Under the pieces are notes generated by a model, which saw nothing but the letters and a program-made list of their open reading frames with translations, did not search any database and was not told the origin of the DNA. Shown one piece after another: positions 44,083 to 54,352 of a DNA stretch of 64,000 bases; the first letter of the stretch is position 1; the number at the start of each line of letters is the position of its first letter. The position numbers were made by a program, and so were the translations under genes. The stretch lies in sequence record MW822008.1, one strand, 5' to 3'.

Positions 44083-44901
44083 ATGACAAAATTAGATGAG
44101 TTCCTATCAAACGTATCAGTACTAGACACCGAAACAACTGGTGTCGAAAGTGAAGATGATATTATTGAATTTAGTATTTCATATCCTCACGATGCACATG
44201 AGAATATTGATACTATTGATAACTACACTTTGCGTTATAAACCACTAAAAGATATACCACCAGAAGCAAGTGCTGTGCATTTTATCAGTACTGAAGATGT
44301 AGCAAACTGCATTGGTTATAAAGATGACTTAGAAAACATTGACGCACTAATGGGGTGTCGTAATTATTTTATTGGACACAACGTTCAATTTGACCGCCGA
44401 ATGATGGTAGATAACGAATATAAATATCGTAACTCAGTTTCGCAGTACTTGCTCGATGAAGATAAATGGATTTGTACCCTTCGTTTAGCTAAGAAGATGT
44501 TTGCAGAAGACACTGAATTCAAAAACTTAACTCTAAGTTATTTGTGGTATAAATTTGGTTGCTATCGTGATGTACATCGTGCAGTCAATGCTCACGCAGC
44601 AAAAGATGACGTGTTTATGTGTTATCAAGTTCTAATCAAATTGTTTGAAGTTGCGATTGAACGTGGACATATTGACCCTAATGGTGACATTGGTGAACAA
44701 ATCGTAACATTCTGTAATACACCAATGCGTTATAAATTCATGCCATTTGGTAAACACAAAGGTGAACCAATGGAAACTGTTCCATTGAACTATATTGAAT
44801 GGATGATTACTAACAGTGATATCCTTGATGCAAGTAACCCAAACTGTGATAAAGATTTAGTATATACATTTGAGTACGAATATAATACTCGAACTAATTA
44901 A
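44083..44901 (+). CDS. DEDDh 3'-5' exonuclease (ExoX-like) with C-terminal MPFGKHKG module
   Basis: LDTETTG, GHNVQFD, HAAKDD, MPFGKHKG. Confidence 0.88.
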   Translation: MTKLDEFLSNVSVLDTETTGVESEDDIIEFSISYPHDAHENIDTIDNYTLRYKPLKDIPPEASAVHFISTEDVANCIGYKDDLENIDALMGCRNYFIGHNVQFDRRMMVDNEYKYRNSVSQYLLDEDKWICTLRLAKKMFAEDTEFKNLTLSYLWYKFGCYRDVHRAVNAHAAKDDVFMCYQVLIKLFEVAIERGHIDPNGDIGEQIVTFCNTPMRYKFMPFGKHKGEPMETVPLNYIEWMITNSDILDASNPNCDKDLVYTFEYEYNTRTN

Positions 44902-44916
44902 TAAAGGTATTCATGG

Positions 44917-46401
44917 ATGAAAACTTGTAAGCTAACCTTACTGGACGAGGTTAATTGTAAATTTGAGGGACTAGATCCCTCAATTCGTCAGAAGATGATT
45001 CGTGCAACAGAATATGTACTTCCATACGCTAAGTTCACCCCTGCTGGTCGTATTGGTCGTTGGGATGGTAAGGTACAGTTTATGAACTTAGGTGGCAGTA
45101 CTTACTACCACATGTTGGATAAGTTGTTGCCAATCTTAGATGAAGCAAAAATTGATATTGAACTTGAAGATCATCGTGTCAATTATGGATTCAAATTTGA
45201 ACCAATTGATGAAGATATTTTTAGTGATGTTGTGTTTGGTGCTGGACACCACATGGAAGGTAAGTCAATCAAGCTCAGAGAGCATCAGGTGAACGCAGTT
45301 AATGCTTGCCTTGCAAACCCACATGGTTTATTATTAGCAGCTACAGGGGCTGGTAAAACGCTCATCACAGCGGCATTATCCAAGAAGGTACAAGAGTATG
45401 GACGTTCTGTGATTATCGTACCTAGTACTGATTTGGTGCAGCAAACATATGATGACTATGTTATGTGTGGTCTTGACACTGGAGTGTTCTATGGTGCACA
45501 GAAAGACTTTGGTCACCAACACACAATAACTACCTGGCAGTCATTCAACTCTTTGTGGAAGAAAACAAAGAAAGGTGAAATTGAACTGACTGAACAAGAC
45601 GTTCATGACTTTATTGATGGTGTGGTTTGTGTGATTGTCGATGAGTGTCAAGGTGCTGGTGGTGATGCATTAGTTCAAGTACTCTCTAAAGTTATGAATA
45701 ACGTCCCACTTCGCTGGGGATTAACTGGTACAATCCCTAAAGACCAAGTTGTCGCTGCGAAGATTAAATGTAACGTTGGTGATGTGATATTTAAAATCAC
45801 AGCTAAAGAATTACAAGATAAAAAAATACTAAGCACATGTAATGTGAACTGTATTAAACTTAAAAGTAATTTAAAGTTCGCGTCATATGCAGAAGAATTG
45901 AAGTACTTAGTTACTGACCGTGATAGAATGGCATATGTAGCATCACTGATAGGTGCGTTGGCAGAATCTGGAAACACTTTAGTACTGGTTGATAGACTTG
46001 AAGCTGGTGAATTGCTTTGTGAATTTTTGGGTATTCCTAAGTCAGAATTTGTTCGTGGGGAAACCAAAAAGAAAGACCGTGAATCTTCATATGGTGAAAT
46101 TCGCTGGGCTGATAACAAAATACTCATTGCAACCTATGGGGTAGCAAGTACTGGTATCAGTATTTCTCGTTTGTATAATGTCGTTCTAATCGAACCAGGA
46201 AAAAGCTTCGTTCGTACAATACAGTCCATTGGTCGTGGGTTGCGTCGTGCAGAAGACAAAGACCACGTGGAAATCTTTGATATCAGTGGTACAAACAAAT
46301 ATAGTGCAAAACACTTACGTGAACGTTTACAATACTATAAGGAAGCACAATATCCTCATAGTATCATAGATGTTAAGGATTGGGAAAATACAGCGGGATA
46401 A
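44917..46401 (+). CDS. uvsW: SF2 DNA helicase UvsW
   Basis: LREHQ, ATGAGKT, VDEC, GLTGT, STGISI, QSIGRGLR. Confidence 0.92.
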   Translation: MKTCKLTLLDEVNCKFEGLDPSIRQKMIRATEYVLPYAKFTPAGRIGRWDGKVQFMNLGGSTYYHMLDKLLPILDEAKIDIELEDHRVNYGFKFEPIDEDIFSDVVFGAGHHMEGKSIKLREHQVNAVNACLANPHGLLLAATGAGKTLITAALSKKVQEYGRSVIIVPSTDLVQQTYDDYVMCGLDTGVFYGAQKDFGHQHTITTWQSFNSLWKKTKKGEIELTEQDVHDFIDGVVCVIVDECQGAGGDALVQVLSKVMNNVPLRWGLTGTIPKDQVVAAKIKCNVGDVIFKITAKELQDKKILSTCNVNCIKLKSNLKFASYAEELKYLVTDRDRMAYVASLIGALAESGNTLVLVDRLEAGELLCEFLGIPKSEFVRGETKKKDRESSYGEIRWADNKILIATYGVASTGISISRLYNVVLIEPGKSFVRTIQSIGRGLRRAEDKDHVEIFDISGTNKYSAKHLRERLQYYKEAQYPHSIIDVKDWENTAG

Positions 46402-46422
46402 TCCCGCTGTACATGATATAAT
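46394..46422 (+). promoter_or_regulatory. Promoter variant CGGGATA-N16-TATAAT overlapping a perfect hairpin (46390-46410)
   Basis: Same spacing as other copies; ACAGCGGGA-TAA-TCCCGCTGT hairpin. Confidence 0.6.
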
Positions 46423-46457
46423 GTGTCGTATGACAACAACAAGGAAGTAAAATAAAA

Positions 46458-46886
46458 ATGGAATTAAGATCTAGTATTGCTTTTATCTGTGACCAAGAAA
46501 CGTTAGATGTAATTGATGTATTGTTGAATGATGATGGTATTATGGATGACATGGTATCTTCACTTGACTATATACCTGAACTAGAAACTGACGATACTAA
46601 TGTTTGGAGATGTAATATTGACACTAATTCATGGATTAATATCTATGAATTGCAAACCAGAATTGACTCGAAAGTTGAATCATTAAAATATGATATCATC
46701 TATGCAAGTACTGATACTACAACGTTTATTGATGTTGTTAGTCTTAGTGGTAATTTTGATTCTTACTTAGATACCGATGTTGATAAGATTCAAGAAATGT
46801 GTGAAACGTATGGTCTTGAATTCTATGGTACATCCGATGAAGATGAAGAAGATTACTACGATGAAGATGAAGATTCCCAGTACTAA
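46458..46886 (+). CDS. Acidic hypothetical protein
   Basis: ORF with AAGGA RBS. Confidence 0.65.
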   Translation: MELRSSIAFICDQETLDVIDVLLNDDGIMDDMVSSLDYIPELETDDTNVWRCNIDTNSWINIYELQTRIDSKVESLKYDIIYASTDTTTFIDVVSLSGNFDSYLDTDVDKIQEMCETYGLEFYGTSDEDEEDYYDEDEDSQY

Positions 46887-46895
46887 GGAGATGAG

Positions 46896-47393
46896 ATGAA
46901 CGTATTAACCCCAGAAAATAATTCATTTGATATGGATTTAGTAACTGAACACATTCCATCAGAAATGTATTGTGTTTTAGATTTGAGTCCAAACGGTGAC
47001 TCTGACTTTTATTTTCGCCACATTTTGAACACTGTATCATTTAATAGTATCAGTGCTGATTTGCAGATTGGTGAAAAGATTATCCAAGTGCCATTGGGTT
47101 GGCAAATCATGTTGGGTGATGAAGAGACAGGTATGGTTGAGATGTGTACCATTGAAAACATTCTTAATATGAAAGAACCTAAAGCTTTTGTTTACAATCC
47201 AATCCGTTCGATGTATCCTAAGTTCGAACCTGTAAAAGTACTGCGTGTATTCGCACTCACTACTAAGTGGCAGATCCCTATGCTGCCTAAGAAGAACTTA
47301 CTATGTGTTCCTCTGCACAGTGGTGATAATCCACCTTGTGTTTACTTTGCAGATGAGAACGAGAAAATTCAAGATTTGTATCTAGGAGTGTAA
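46896..47393 (+). CDS. Hypothetical protein
   Basis: ORF with AAGGAG RBS in replication operon. Confidence 0.7.
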   Translation: MNVLTPENNSFDMDLVTEHIPSEMYCVLDLSPNGDSDFYFRHILNTVSFNSISADLQIGEKIIQVPLGWQIMLGDEETGMVEMCTIENILNMKEPKAFVYNPIRSMYPKFEPVKVLRVFALTTKWQIPMLPKKNLLCVPLHSGDNPPCVYFADENEKIQDLYLGV

Positions 47394-47395
47394 TA

Positions 47396-48241
47396 GTGTT
47401 AGATTTCAGTAATATTAAAGCTAAGTCAGTAGACGAAAACGATAAACCAACCCAGCATACATTTTCTATTGCTGAATTTCTAAAACATATTGACCGTGCA
47501 GATTACAAATACTATAATGACATGACCGAAGATGAGCGTAAGGAATTTACGCCTTATACAGTACTTCGTTGGGTAAGTTCACTTGATGACTCACTTCAAG
47601 TAACTTTCCCTAGTAGTAAAGTGGAAAACGTATTTGGTAAGTGGAAAGCTGGTGGCAAAGAAGCACTCACTGAACTTGTCAAAGAACTCAATAGTACTGG
47701 TGTTAATGTAACATCAGTTACTAAGTACTGTCACAGTGACTATGATTGGCGTATCAAGTTTGCCGTACAAAGCAATGATGATGCTAACAAGTTGATTGCA
47801 GCAATGACTGAATTTAGTATTGCTGGTGGACAGATCATCTCATTGGTTGACAGTGACGTTGTACGTTATCAGTTGATTATGTTGAATGATATGGTTAATG
47901 ATGGGTTCTGGGATATGAAAGAACACCCTGAACTTGTATATCAACTACTATGTTCTGTTCATGATATGTTGGGTGGTAAGGAATTGCCACGAAACTGGTT
48001 AAACTTTTCCAAGAGTTTTAAGCGTGCTAATAATGAATTATTTGAACTCATTAAAAGTACACAGCCAGATTCAATCGCAACTCAAATGAACGAAGATGAA
48101 TATAAAATTGTTTTGTTGCAATATAACAAAAAAACATTCGAGTCTTTCCTTGAAGACATAGGTTTACAAGAGAAAGAAATGAAATCAATGATGAAATTAT
48201 TTAAAGAAGAATGTAAGAAATATGGCAAAGAAATCAAGTAG
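47396..48241 (+). CDS. Possible clamp-loader small subunit (gp62-like) with internal insertion
   Basis: YYNDMTEDERKEFTPYTVLRWVSS and NDGFWDMKEHPELVYQLL recall gp62-like proteins. Confidence 0.4.
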   Translation: MLDFSNIKAKSVDENDKPTQHTFSIAEFLKHIDRADYKYYNDMTEDERKEFTPYTVLRWVSSLDDSLQVTFPSSKVENVFGKWKAGGKEALTELVKELNSTGVNVTSVTKYCHSDYDWRIKFAVQSNDDANKLIAAMTEFSIAGGQIISLVDSDVVRYQLIMLNDMVNDGFWDMKEHPELVYQLLCSVHDMLGGKELPRNWLNFSKSFKRANNELFELIKSTQPDSIATQMNEDEYKIVLLQYNKKTFESFLEDIGLQEKEMKSMMKLFKEECKKYGKEIK

Positions 48242-48932
48242 TCCCGTATACAAATGTAAGTTCTGTGATAAAGAATTTAAACGCGAAGACACAGTTAACA
48301 CACATAAGTGTGTTAAACGTGACCGCTACGAAGATCGTGATAGCCGCCCCATGAGGGAGGCTTTTCGCATTTATATGCAATTCATGGAGTTAAACCATTT
48401 CCCTTTCAAGAAGGGTGTTGAACCATTAATGGCTTTTATAAAATCAAAGTACTTTAGTGATTTTTATGATTTTGCAATTTATTATTTGAACAACCGTGAT
48501 ATTTTAGATATTGATGGTTTTGTGAAAAGTCTAATTGTAAGAAACCGTCCTATTATGGAATGGAGTACTTATAAAGCAAAGGATGAATGGATATTAGATT
48601 GTATTCGTTCTGAATCTCCCAATGCTGCGGTTTCCCGTAGTGTTGTTGCGATGGTGGAATGGGGTCAGAATCTGAACTTGGAGTGGAATAAGTTTTTTTC
48701 CAATGTGAGTTCTGCCCGTGCAATTGCATGGATTGAGAGTGGTAAGATTTCACCTTGGATTATCTGGTTAGCACCAAAAGAAAGTACTAATAAGTTTTTC
48801 AAGAATCTCTCTAACTCTGAAATCGAGTATATACTTAAATACATTGATCCTAGTTACTTTGAGGTTAAAACTATAAAGTACAAAAAGGAATGTGATGAAA
48901 TAAAAAGTATGCTACGTGAGGCTGGATTATGA
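48222..48932 (+). CDS. Zinc-finger hypothetical protein
   Basis: YKCKFCDKEFKREDTVNTHKC; GKISPW. Confidence 0.7.
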   Translation: MAKKSSSPVYKCKFCDKEFKREDTVNTHKCVKRDRYEDRDSRPMREAFRIYMQFMELNHFPFKKGVEPLMAFIKSKYFSDFYDFAIYYLNNRDILDIDGFVKSLIVRNRPIMEWSTYKAKDEWILDCIRSESPNAAVSRSVVAMVEWGQNLNLEWNKFFSNVSSARAIAWIESGKISPWIIWLAPKESTNKFFKNLSNSEIEYILKYIDPSYFEVKTIKYKKECDEIKSMLREAGL

Positions 48933-49258
48933 ATGGAAAAAGTATATATAATAAAATACCAGAAGGGTATGTACCTGTGCCTAAAGCAGATAAATCTAAA
49001 TCTTTATCATTGCTTAGACAGGGTTCTATAACTGAAATTACACTTGATGGTAAAACCTTTCAGGTGCACGATCCTGTTCGTGTAGAAAAAATTATCAGTA
49101 TGGTTGAAAGACATGAGGAAAGATTCTTTGGTCTAAGTCAAGAGTTGTCAAAGACCAAACAAAAGTGTACAATGTTAGAAAATCAGGTAACCAAATTATC
49201 TAACACTGTAAACAAATTGCAGGAGCAAATCAAAAATGCAGGATTCGACAAATTCTAA
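48929..49258 (+). CDS. Coiled-coil hypothetical protein
   Basis: ATGA overlap with upstream stop. Confidence 0.65.
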   Translation: MNGKSIYNKIPEGYVPVPKADKSKSLSLLRQGSITEITLDGKTFQVHDPVRVEKIISMVERHEERFFGLSQELSKTKQKCTMLENQVTKLSNTVNKLQEQIKNAGFDKF

Positions 49259-49874
49259 TTCGTACCGTAAAGCACGAACAGATATCGACATTGACTTCAA
49301 AGATAGTAAGTCAGTGATTGCACAGCTTCCTTGTGTGCGAAGTACAGAAAAAATTACGGAGGATGGTTTAATCCCCCATAACAGTGGTGTTCATTTTGAT
49401 AATATACCAATTGACCCTATCACTGGTTTAGCCAGCATACAATATAAAGAAGCCGAACGCTTGGGATATCAAAAGGTAGATATCCTGTCACAATCGGCTT
49501 ACCAGTATGTTCGTGATAGAGCACATTTAAAAGAACTAATGAATCAGGAACCTAATTGGGATCTTCTGTTAGAACCAGAAATAGTTGAACATCTTTCACA
49601 GATTAAAAAACACGTTACATTATTAAATGTGTGGAAACCTAAATCCATTGATGAACTTGCAATGTTTATTGCAATGATTCGTCCTGGAAAAAGGCAGTGC
49701 CAAAGTATGAATACATGGAGTGAAGTTGAATCCACTATATGGGATTACAGTACTATTGGCACAGACCAAGCAGGAAATAAGTTACGATATTTCAAAAAGC
49801 CACATGCTTATGCATACAGCTTAATGATTGTAGTTCAACTTAACGCTTTAGTTGAACATCTTACTTCTTCTTAA
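49236..49874 (+). CDS. Minimal DNA polymerase III alpha (DnaE)-like protein
   Basis: TDIDID, HNSGV, QKVDIL, LAMFIAMIRPG, FKKPHAYAY match DnaE palm/finger motifs. Confidence 0.8.
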   Translation: MQDSTNSNSYRKARTDIDIDFKDSKSVIAQLPCVRSTEKITEDGLIPHNSGVHFDNIPIDPITGLASIQYKEAERLGYQKVDILSQSAYQYVRDRAHLKELMNQEPNWDLLLEPEIVEHLSQIKKHVTLLNVWKPKSIDELAMFIAMIRPGKRQCQSMNTWSEVESTIWDYSTIGTDQAGNKLRYFKKPHAYAYSLMIVVQLNALVEHLTSS

Positions 49875-50214
49875 GAGCCACATTACGACGCTTTATGCGT
49901 TTTTGTGGCAAATCACTTAAAGAAACTACTGGACCACAAACGAAATTCACCGCAGGGGTATCGAATCTCTGTGTGTAAGGTTCAAATTTCTCCATCTCTT
50001 CTTGGAAGAATAGACAGACTGGAATTGACCTGTTGCTTTGCCACCACCAATCATGTGCTATACCCAACAATTCATCTTGCATTGGTTCATCCATATCATC
50101 AAAGCAGTAAAGAGTAGTATACTGTTTACTTTTTATCTTGATAATACCAATGAAAGTTTTACCATCACACTGAACTACCGTGATAAATGGTGGAATAGTA
50201 TTATATTGATTCAT
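49861..50214 (-). CDS. Hypothetical protein
   Basis: ORF with late motif at 50252-50258 (minus); WWWQSNRSIP. Confidence 0.65.
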   Translation of the reverse strand: MNQYNTIPPFITVVQCDGKTFIGIIKIKSKQYTTLYCFDDMDEPMQDELLGIAHDWWWQSNRSIPVCLFFQEEMEKFEPYTQRFDTPAVNFVCGPVVSLSDLPQKRIKRRNVALKKK

Positions 50215-50271
50215 ATGAGTTCCATAAATATTAGTATAAATTTATACCTATTATTTATGGAAGGAAAAACT

Positions 50272-51249
50272 ATGGCTCATCACGGCGTGTTTATGTACCC
50301 TTATAACCAAGAAGTATCATTGGGCAATTTTAATATGCCATATAGCAATGAGAAACTTACAATATACAGAGGTGCAAATAACAATTTATCATTCACAGTG
50401 CATAACGCTGATGGAAAATATACATTACTAAAAGATAACGAATATCTAACATTCATGATTTTTGATGCTAGAAACAATACTAAATTATTCGATGTAGTTT
50501 TGGATAAACAAAAACCATCATGGCTATCAGAAAGTGGACAAGCAAGACAAACATTAGGTAATAGTAAAAAAGTATATTATGGATGTATTGTTCCTGCTGG
50601 TGTAATTCAGGATACTAGTCCTGGTTCAAAATATAGATGGAGTATTACTAAAGTAACAATGGATGGTTCCTTGATTGAACCTACACAGTACTTATACACT
50701 GGTCTTGATTATGAAGCCTCTGCTGAATTGATCATTTCCGACCAAGCTGCTCCTGTGTTTGTGCCAAGTATTGAAGTATCTGTTAATAAAAACCCAGCAT
50801 GGACTACCATCAAACGCTTGTATCATGAACCAATCGCTCGTGGCGTTATTGGTGAATTTGATATAATGGCAACATCTCCCCTTCCTGCACAAATGCAGTA
50901 CGGATTAGTTGATGGTCTTAGTACTATTGCAATGTACTTTGATAAATTCATTGGTAGAATTCAATTACAAGGATGTTTGTGTAATAACGTACCAACTGAT
51001 AACGAAAACTATAAATGGTTTATTGTTAAATTGGATGGTAAAGAATATATCGAAAATGATATTGATGAAAATGGATTCCCTAAAGCGTTAGATGGGATTC
51101 AAGCATTTAATTTTAAAGGTAATTACATGTGGTTGCGATTGGTTGTTTGTATTCATCCTAAGATCGTTCCAGTTCCTTATGACTATGCGGCAGTAAGAAA
51201 AGTCTATGACCCACTACTGTCAGTTCCTAAAATTTTGATTCGCAGGTGA
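50272..51249 (+). CDS. Hypothetical protein, probably virion-associated
   Basis: Late motif 50224-50230, AAGGA RBS; beta-rich. Confidence 0.6.
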   Translation: MAHHGVFMYPYNQEVSLGNFNMPYSNEKLTIYRGANNNLSFTVHNADGKYTLLKDNEYLTFMIFDARNNTKLFDVVLDKQKPSWLSESGQARQTLGNSKKVYYGCIVPAGVIQDTSPGSKYRWSITKVTMDGSLIEPTQYLYTGLDYEASAELIISDQAAPVFVPSIEVSVNKNPAWTTIKRLYHEPIARGVIGEFDIMATSPLPAQMQYGLVDGLSTIAMYFDKFIGRIQLQGCLCNNVPTDNENYKWFIVKLDGKEYIENDIDENGFPKALDGIQAFNFKGNYMWLRLVVCIHPKIVPVPYDYAAVRKVYDPLLSVPKILIRR

Positions 51250-51275
51250 GACAAAACAAGTGTTTGTGCTATAAT
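51247..51275 (+). promoter_or_regulatory. Phage-specific promoter TGAGACA-N16-TATAAT
   Basis: Copy upstream of primase/helicase. Confidence 0.8.
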
Positions 51276-51304
51276 CATTTGTGAGAAATAACAAGGATTA
51301 AATT

Positions 51305-52360
51305 ATGAACGCTGTACAAAACATCATGGCACAAATCATGAATGACCCAGTACCAGGAATTGGTATGTGGACACATCACAATTGTCCTGCTTGTGTGTTC
51401 CGTGGTCATTCACGCCCCGATACTAAAAATCGCGGCAATCATATGTTTAACGCAGATGGTTCTGTTTCTTATAACTGTTTTAACTGTAGTCTAAAAACTG
51501 GGTGGCAACCTGGAAAATATATGAGCAAAGATATGGAGTCTTTGCTCATTTCTTTTGGTGCACAGGATAAGGAAATAGAACTAGCTAAATTTTACATTAA
51601 AGAAATGGTTGATAGTGGAGACTTTGCCGAACAAGAAACTACTGCATCTAAACTATATCAACGTGTAACTGTTCGTGAATTACCACCGAACTCAAAAACA
51701 TTCTGGGAATGGGCATCGTTACCAGAAGAGCAAATACCACAAGAATTTATTAGTGTTCTGAATCATGTGAATGAGCGAAATCCATATCTATTAGATTTAG
51801 AATTGTATTGGAGTCCAGCTAAAGAACATAAAATGTATGACCGATTTATCATACCATACGTTATGAACGGTAAAATTATCGGATATACTGCTAGACACAA
51901 ACTTAAAGACCCAGGAAGTACCTATCGTTTTATTAATCAGGTCAGTACTAATATTCTATATAATTATGATCTGTTACAAGATGAACGAATTAAAACTATA
52001 TTAGTTTGTGAAGGTCCAATGGATGCAGCACTAATGGGTGGTGTTTCTGCAAATAACTTTAAATTGTCAGCAGTACAAATAGATGTACTTAAAGCTGCAC
52101 AAGAAAAAGGTAAAAAGATTGTTATCGTACCAGACCGTGATAAGGATGGGTTACAAACAATCGAACAAGCACTAGAATATGGATTTAGTGTTTCTTTCCC
52201 AGATTTTGGGGCAGTACGTGTTGGAAGTACTATACGTCACATTAAAGATTTTGACGAAGCATGTGCTAGATTTGGAAGATTATTTTGTTTACAACTGATA
52301 CATGATAGTATAGTTGACGAGCCTTTCTATATTAAAGCACAAACGGATAAGTGGATGTAA
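51305..52360 (+). CDS. gp61: DNA primase (gp61-like)
   Basis: Zn finger CPAC...CFNC; TOPRIM VCEGPMDA and VPDRDKDG. Confidence 0.9.
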   Translation: MNAVQNIMAQIMNDPVPGIGMWTHHNCPACVFRGHSRPDTKNRGNHMFNADGSVSYNCFNCSLKTGWQPGKYMSKDMESLLISFGAQDKEIELAKFYIKEMVDSGDFAEQETTASKLYQRVTVRELPPNSKTFWEWASLPEEQIPQEFISVLNHVNERNPYLLDLELYWSPAKEHKMYDRFIIPYVMNGKIIGYTARHKLKDPGSTYRFINQVSTNILYNYDLLQDERIKTILVCEGPMDAALMGGVSANNFKLSAVQIDVLKAAQEKGKKIVIVPDRDKDGLQTIEQALEYGFSVSFPDFGAVRVGSTIRHIKDFDEACARFGRLFCLQLIHDSIVDEPFYIKAQTDKWM

Positions 52361-52386
52361 CACAGGATATAAATGAGGGAACATAA

Positions 52387-53907
52387 ATGATTCAAAGCAC
52401 AGTGGACGTCAAACAGTATGGGATTAATGCACAACAATACTTACTATCCCAAGTTTTCAGTAATCCAGATTTATTTGTACGTTGTAAAAATATTCTAAAG
52501 CCAGAATATTTTGATAAAACATTTCATGAAAGTATTCAGTACGTTCATGATTATGCAGCAAAATATAGTTCATCCCCTACACTGAAAGATATCGAAGTGA
52601 AAGGTGGTTATCAGTATGATCATTATGAAGTACAAGAACTTCATAAACAGGCAGTACTGGATACCTGTAGTGAGTTTTGCCGTCACAAAGCTCTAGCTCT
52701 AGCAGTAGAGAAAGGTATGGAATTAGTACATCAGAAAAAATATGGTGGCATCGAAGAACTCATTCGTGAAGCTATGTTAGTATCTGTACAGAATGAGTTG
52801 GGTCTTGATATCTTTGAAAATCCAGAAGATACCATTCGTTCATTGAGCACTATGCAAGGTTCATTCAAGAGTGGATGGGAAACCCTTGACTATAAACTAT
52901 TCGGTGGTTTTGGTCGCCGTGAACTTGAAATCTTTGCAGCAGCGTCTGGTGGTGGTAAATCAGTAGTACTACAGAACTTAGCAGTTAACTTTGCTAAGGC
53001 TGGTATGAATGGTGCATACATTTCACTAGAACTAGCAGAAGAGTTGGTAGCCGTTCGTATCTATGGTATGATGACTGAATCTAAGCTAAGTAACGTTAAG
53101 AACGAAGCTGAAAAGATTGGTCTACGAGTTCAAATGGAAGGCAAGGATAGTGGTATATTGCGTATTAAACGTTTACCAGAATCCGTAACAACCACTGATG
53201 ATATTGAAAGTTATCTTCGTGAATTGCAAATTAAAATGGAAGTCAAATTAGATTATGTTTGTGTGGACTACCTTGACCTATTAACATCAAATCGTCTTGG
53301 TCCTAATGATAAATCTAATACATTTACAAAAGATAAATTTGTATCTGAAGAATTGCGTGCACTAGCAACCAAAATGGATTTGACAGTCTTCACTGCGTCA
53401 CAGTTTAACCGTAGTGGTATGGATGAAGATAAGAAAAGTCAAAGTCAGATTGCTGGTGGTATTTCTAAAATCTATACTGCGGATAACGTTATCTACATTG
53501 AAGCACGTAAAGAAACTGGCGAACTTTGGTTTGACTTCCAGAAAACACGTAACAGTAGTGCAGTTGGTTCACGTTTGCGTATGTCATATGATATCGATTC
53601 ACTTCGTGTACTAGACCACGCAACCACAATCCAACAATTCGAAACTGATGGGTCAGGATTCCGTCACAGTGGCATCTCTAAGGTCGGCGGTGGTAACATG
53701 GCAATGCCACCAAGTACAATGCAAACACTGCGTCATACGCTTTCTGGTGCTCCTAAACCAAGCACTACACCGAGTGTTGAAAGCGTAACACTAAATACAG
53801 ATAGTGATCCAATCACTTCTACACAAACTGAATCCCAGCCTCAACAGCCTCACATTGGTACTGATCGTGTAAATGCAATGAAGCAATGGTTAAATCAAAG
53901 GAAATAA
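52387..53907 (+). CDS. gp41: Replicative DnaB-like helicase (gp41-like)
   Basis: AAASGGGKS, ISLEL, VDYLDL, TASQFNR, KTRNS. Confidence 0.93.
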   Translation: MIQSTVDVKQYGINAQQYLLSQVFSNPDLFVRCKNILKPEYFDKTFHESIQYVHDYAAKYSSSPTLKDIEVKGGYQYDHYEVQELHKQAVLDTCSEFCRHKALALAVEKGMELVHQKKYGGIEELIREAMLVSVQNELGLDIFENPEDTIRSLSTMQGSFKSGWETLDYKLFGGFGRRELEIFAAASGGGKSVVLQNLAVNFAKAGMNGAYISLELAEELVAVRIYGMMTESKLSNVKNEAEKIGLRVQMEGKDSGILRIKRLPESVTTTDDIESYLRELQIKMEVKLDYVCVDYLDLLTSNRLGPNDKSNTFTKDKFVSEELRALATKMDLTVFTASQFNRSGMDEDKKSQSQIAGGISKIYTADNVIYIEARKETGELWFDFQKTRNSSAVGSRLRMSYDIDSLRVLDHATTIQQFETDGSGFRHSGISKVGGGNMAMPPSTMQTLRHTLSGAPKPSTTPSVESVTLNTDSDPITSTQTESQPQQPHIGTDRVNAMKQWLNQRK

Positions 53908-53910
53908 TGA

Positions 53911-54183
53911 ATGTCTAGTAAATCCAATAAAAAGAATCTACTTGATAGTATAGTTGACTATACACCAGAGAAAGATACATTACAGAGTTTTGGTAATCGT
54001 GCAGATCATGCAATCAACTCTGTTATTCATTTATTGGAGAGTATCGAAGATGAATTTAACCAAACTGATGCTGAAGATTTGAAGAAACGTTTATTTCTTA
54101 GTATTAAGAACCGAGATTATAAAAAGTTTCAGAAGGGCTTGGAGAACATAGCACTTGATGAAAAACGTAATAAAGGGAATTGA
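53911..54183 (+). CDS. Hypothetical protein
   Basis: 90 aa ORF; RLFLSIKNRDYKKF. Confidence 0.65.
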   Translation: MSSKSNKKNLLDSIVDYTPEKDTLQSFGNRADHAINSVIHLLESIEDEFNQTDAEDLKKRLFLSIKNRDYKKFQKGLENIALDEKRNKGN

Positions 54184-54184
54184 T

Positions 54185-54352
54185 ATGAAGAAGAAAACTA
54201 AACTAAAAGAAAATGCTTCTGCTGGTGCAACATCAGCAGGTGCAGTAGCATCAGTCAGTACTGGATTAAATTACCCATTACTTCGAAGAATGCCTCCTAC
54301 AAATTTCTTTGGATATAAAGTTGTTGAGACTAAAAATAAGGATAATGAATGA
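54185..54352 (+). CDS. Small protein with LKE-x-SAGATSAG motif, probable internal head protein
   Basis: Resembles MCP segment LNESATSGATTAG. Confidence 0.55.
   Translation: MKKKTKLKENASAGATSAGAVASVSTGLNYPLLRRMPPTNFFGYKVVETKNKDNE

Noticed and set aside
48929-49874. Frameshift fusion of the coiled-coil ORF with mini DnaE
   Set aside because: A 23-nt overlap with a GGAG upstream of 49236 is ordinary translational coupling; no broken motif at the junction.
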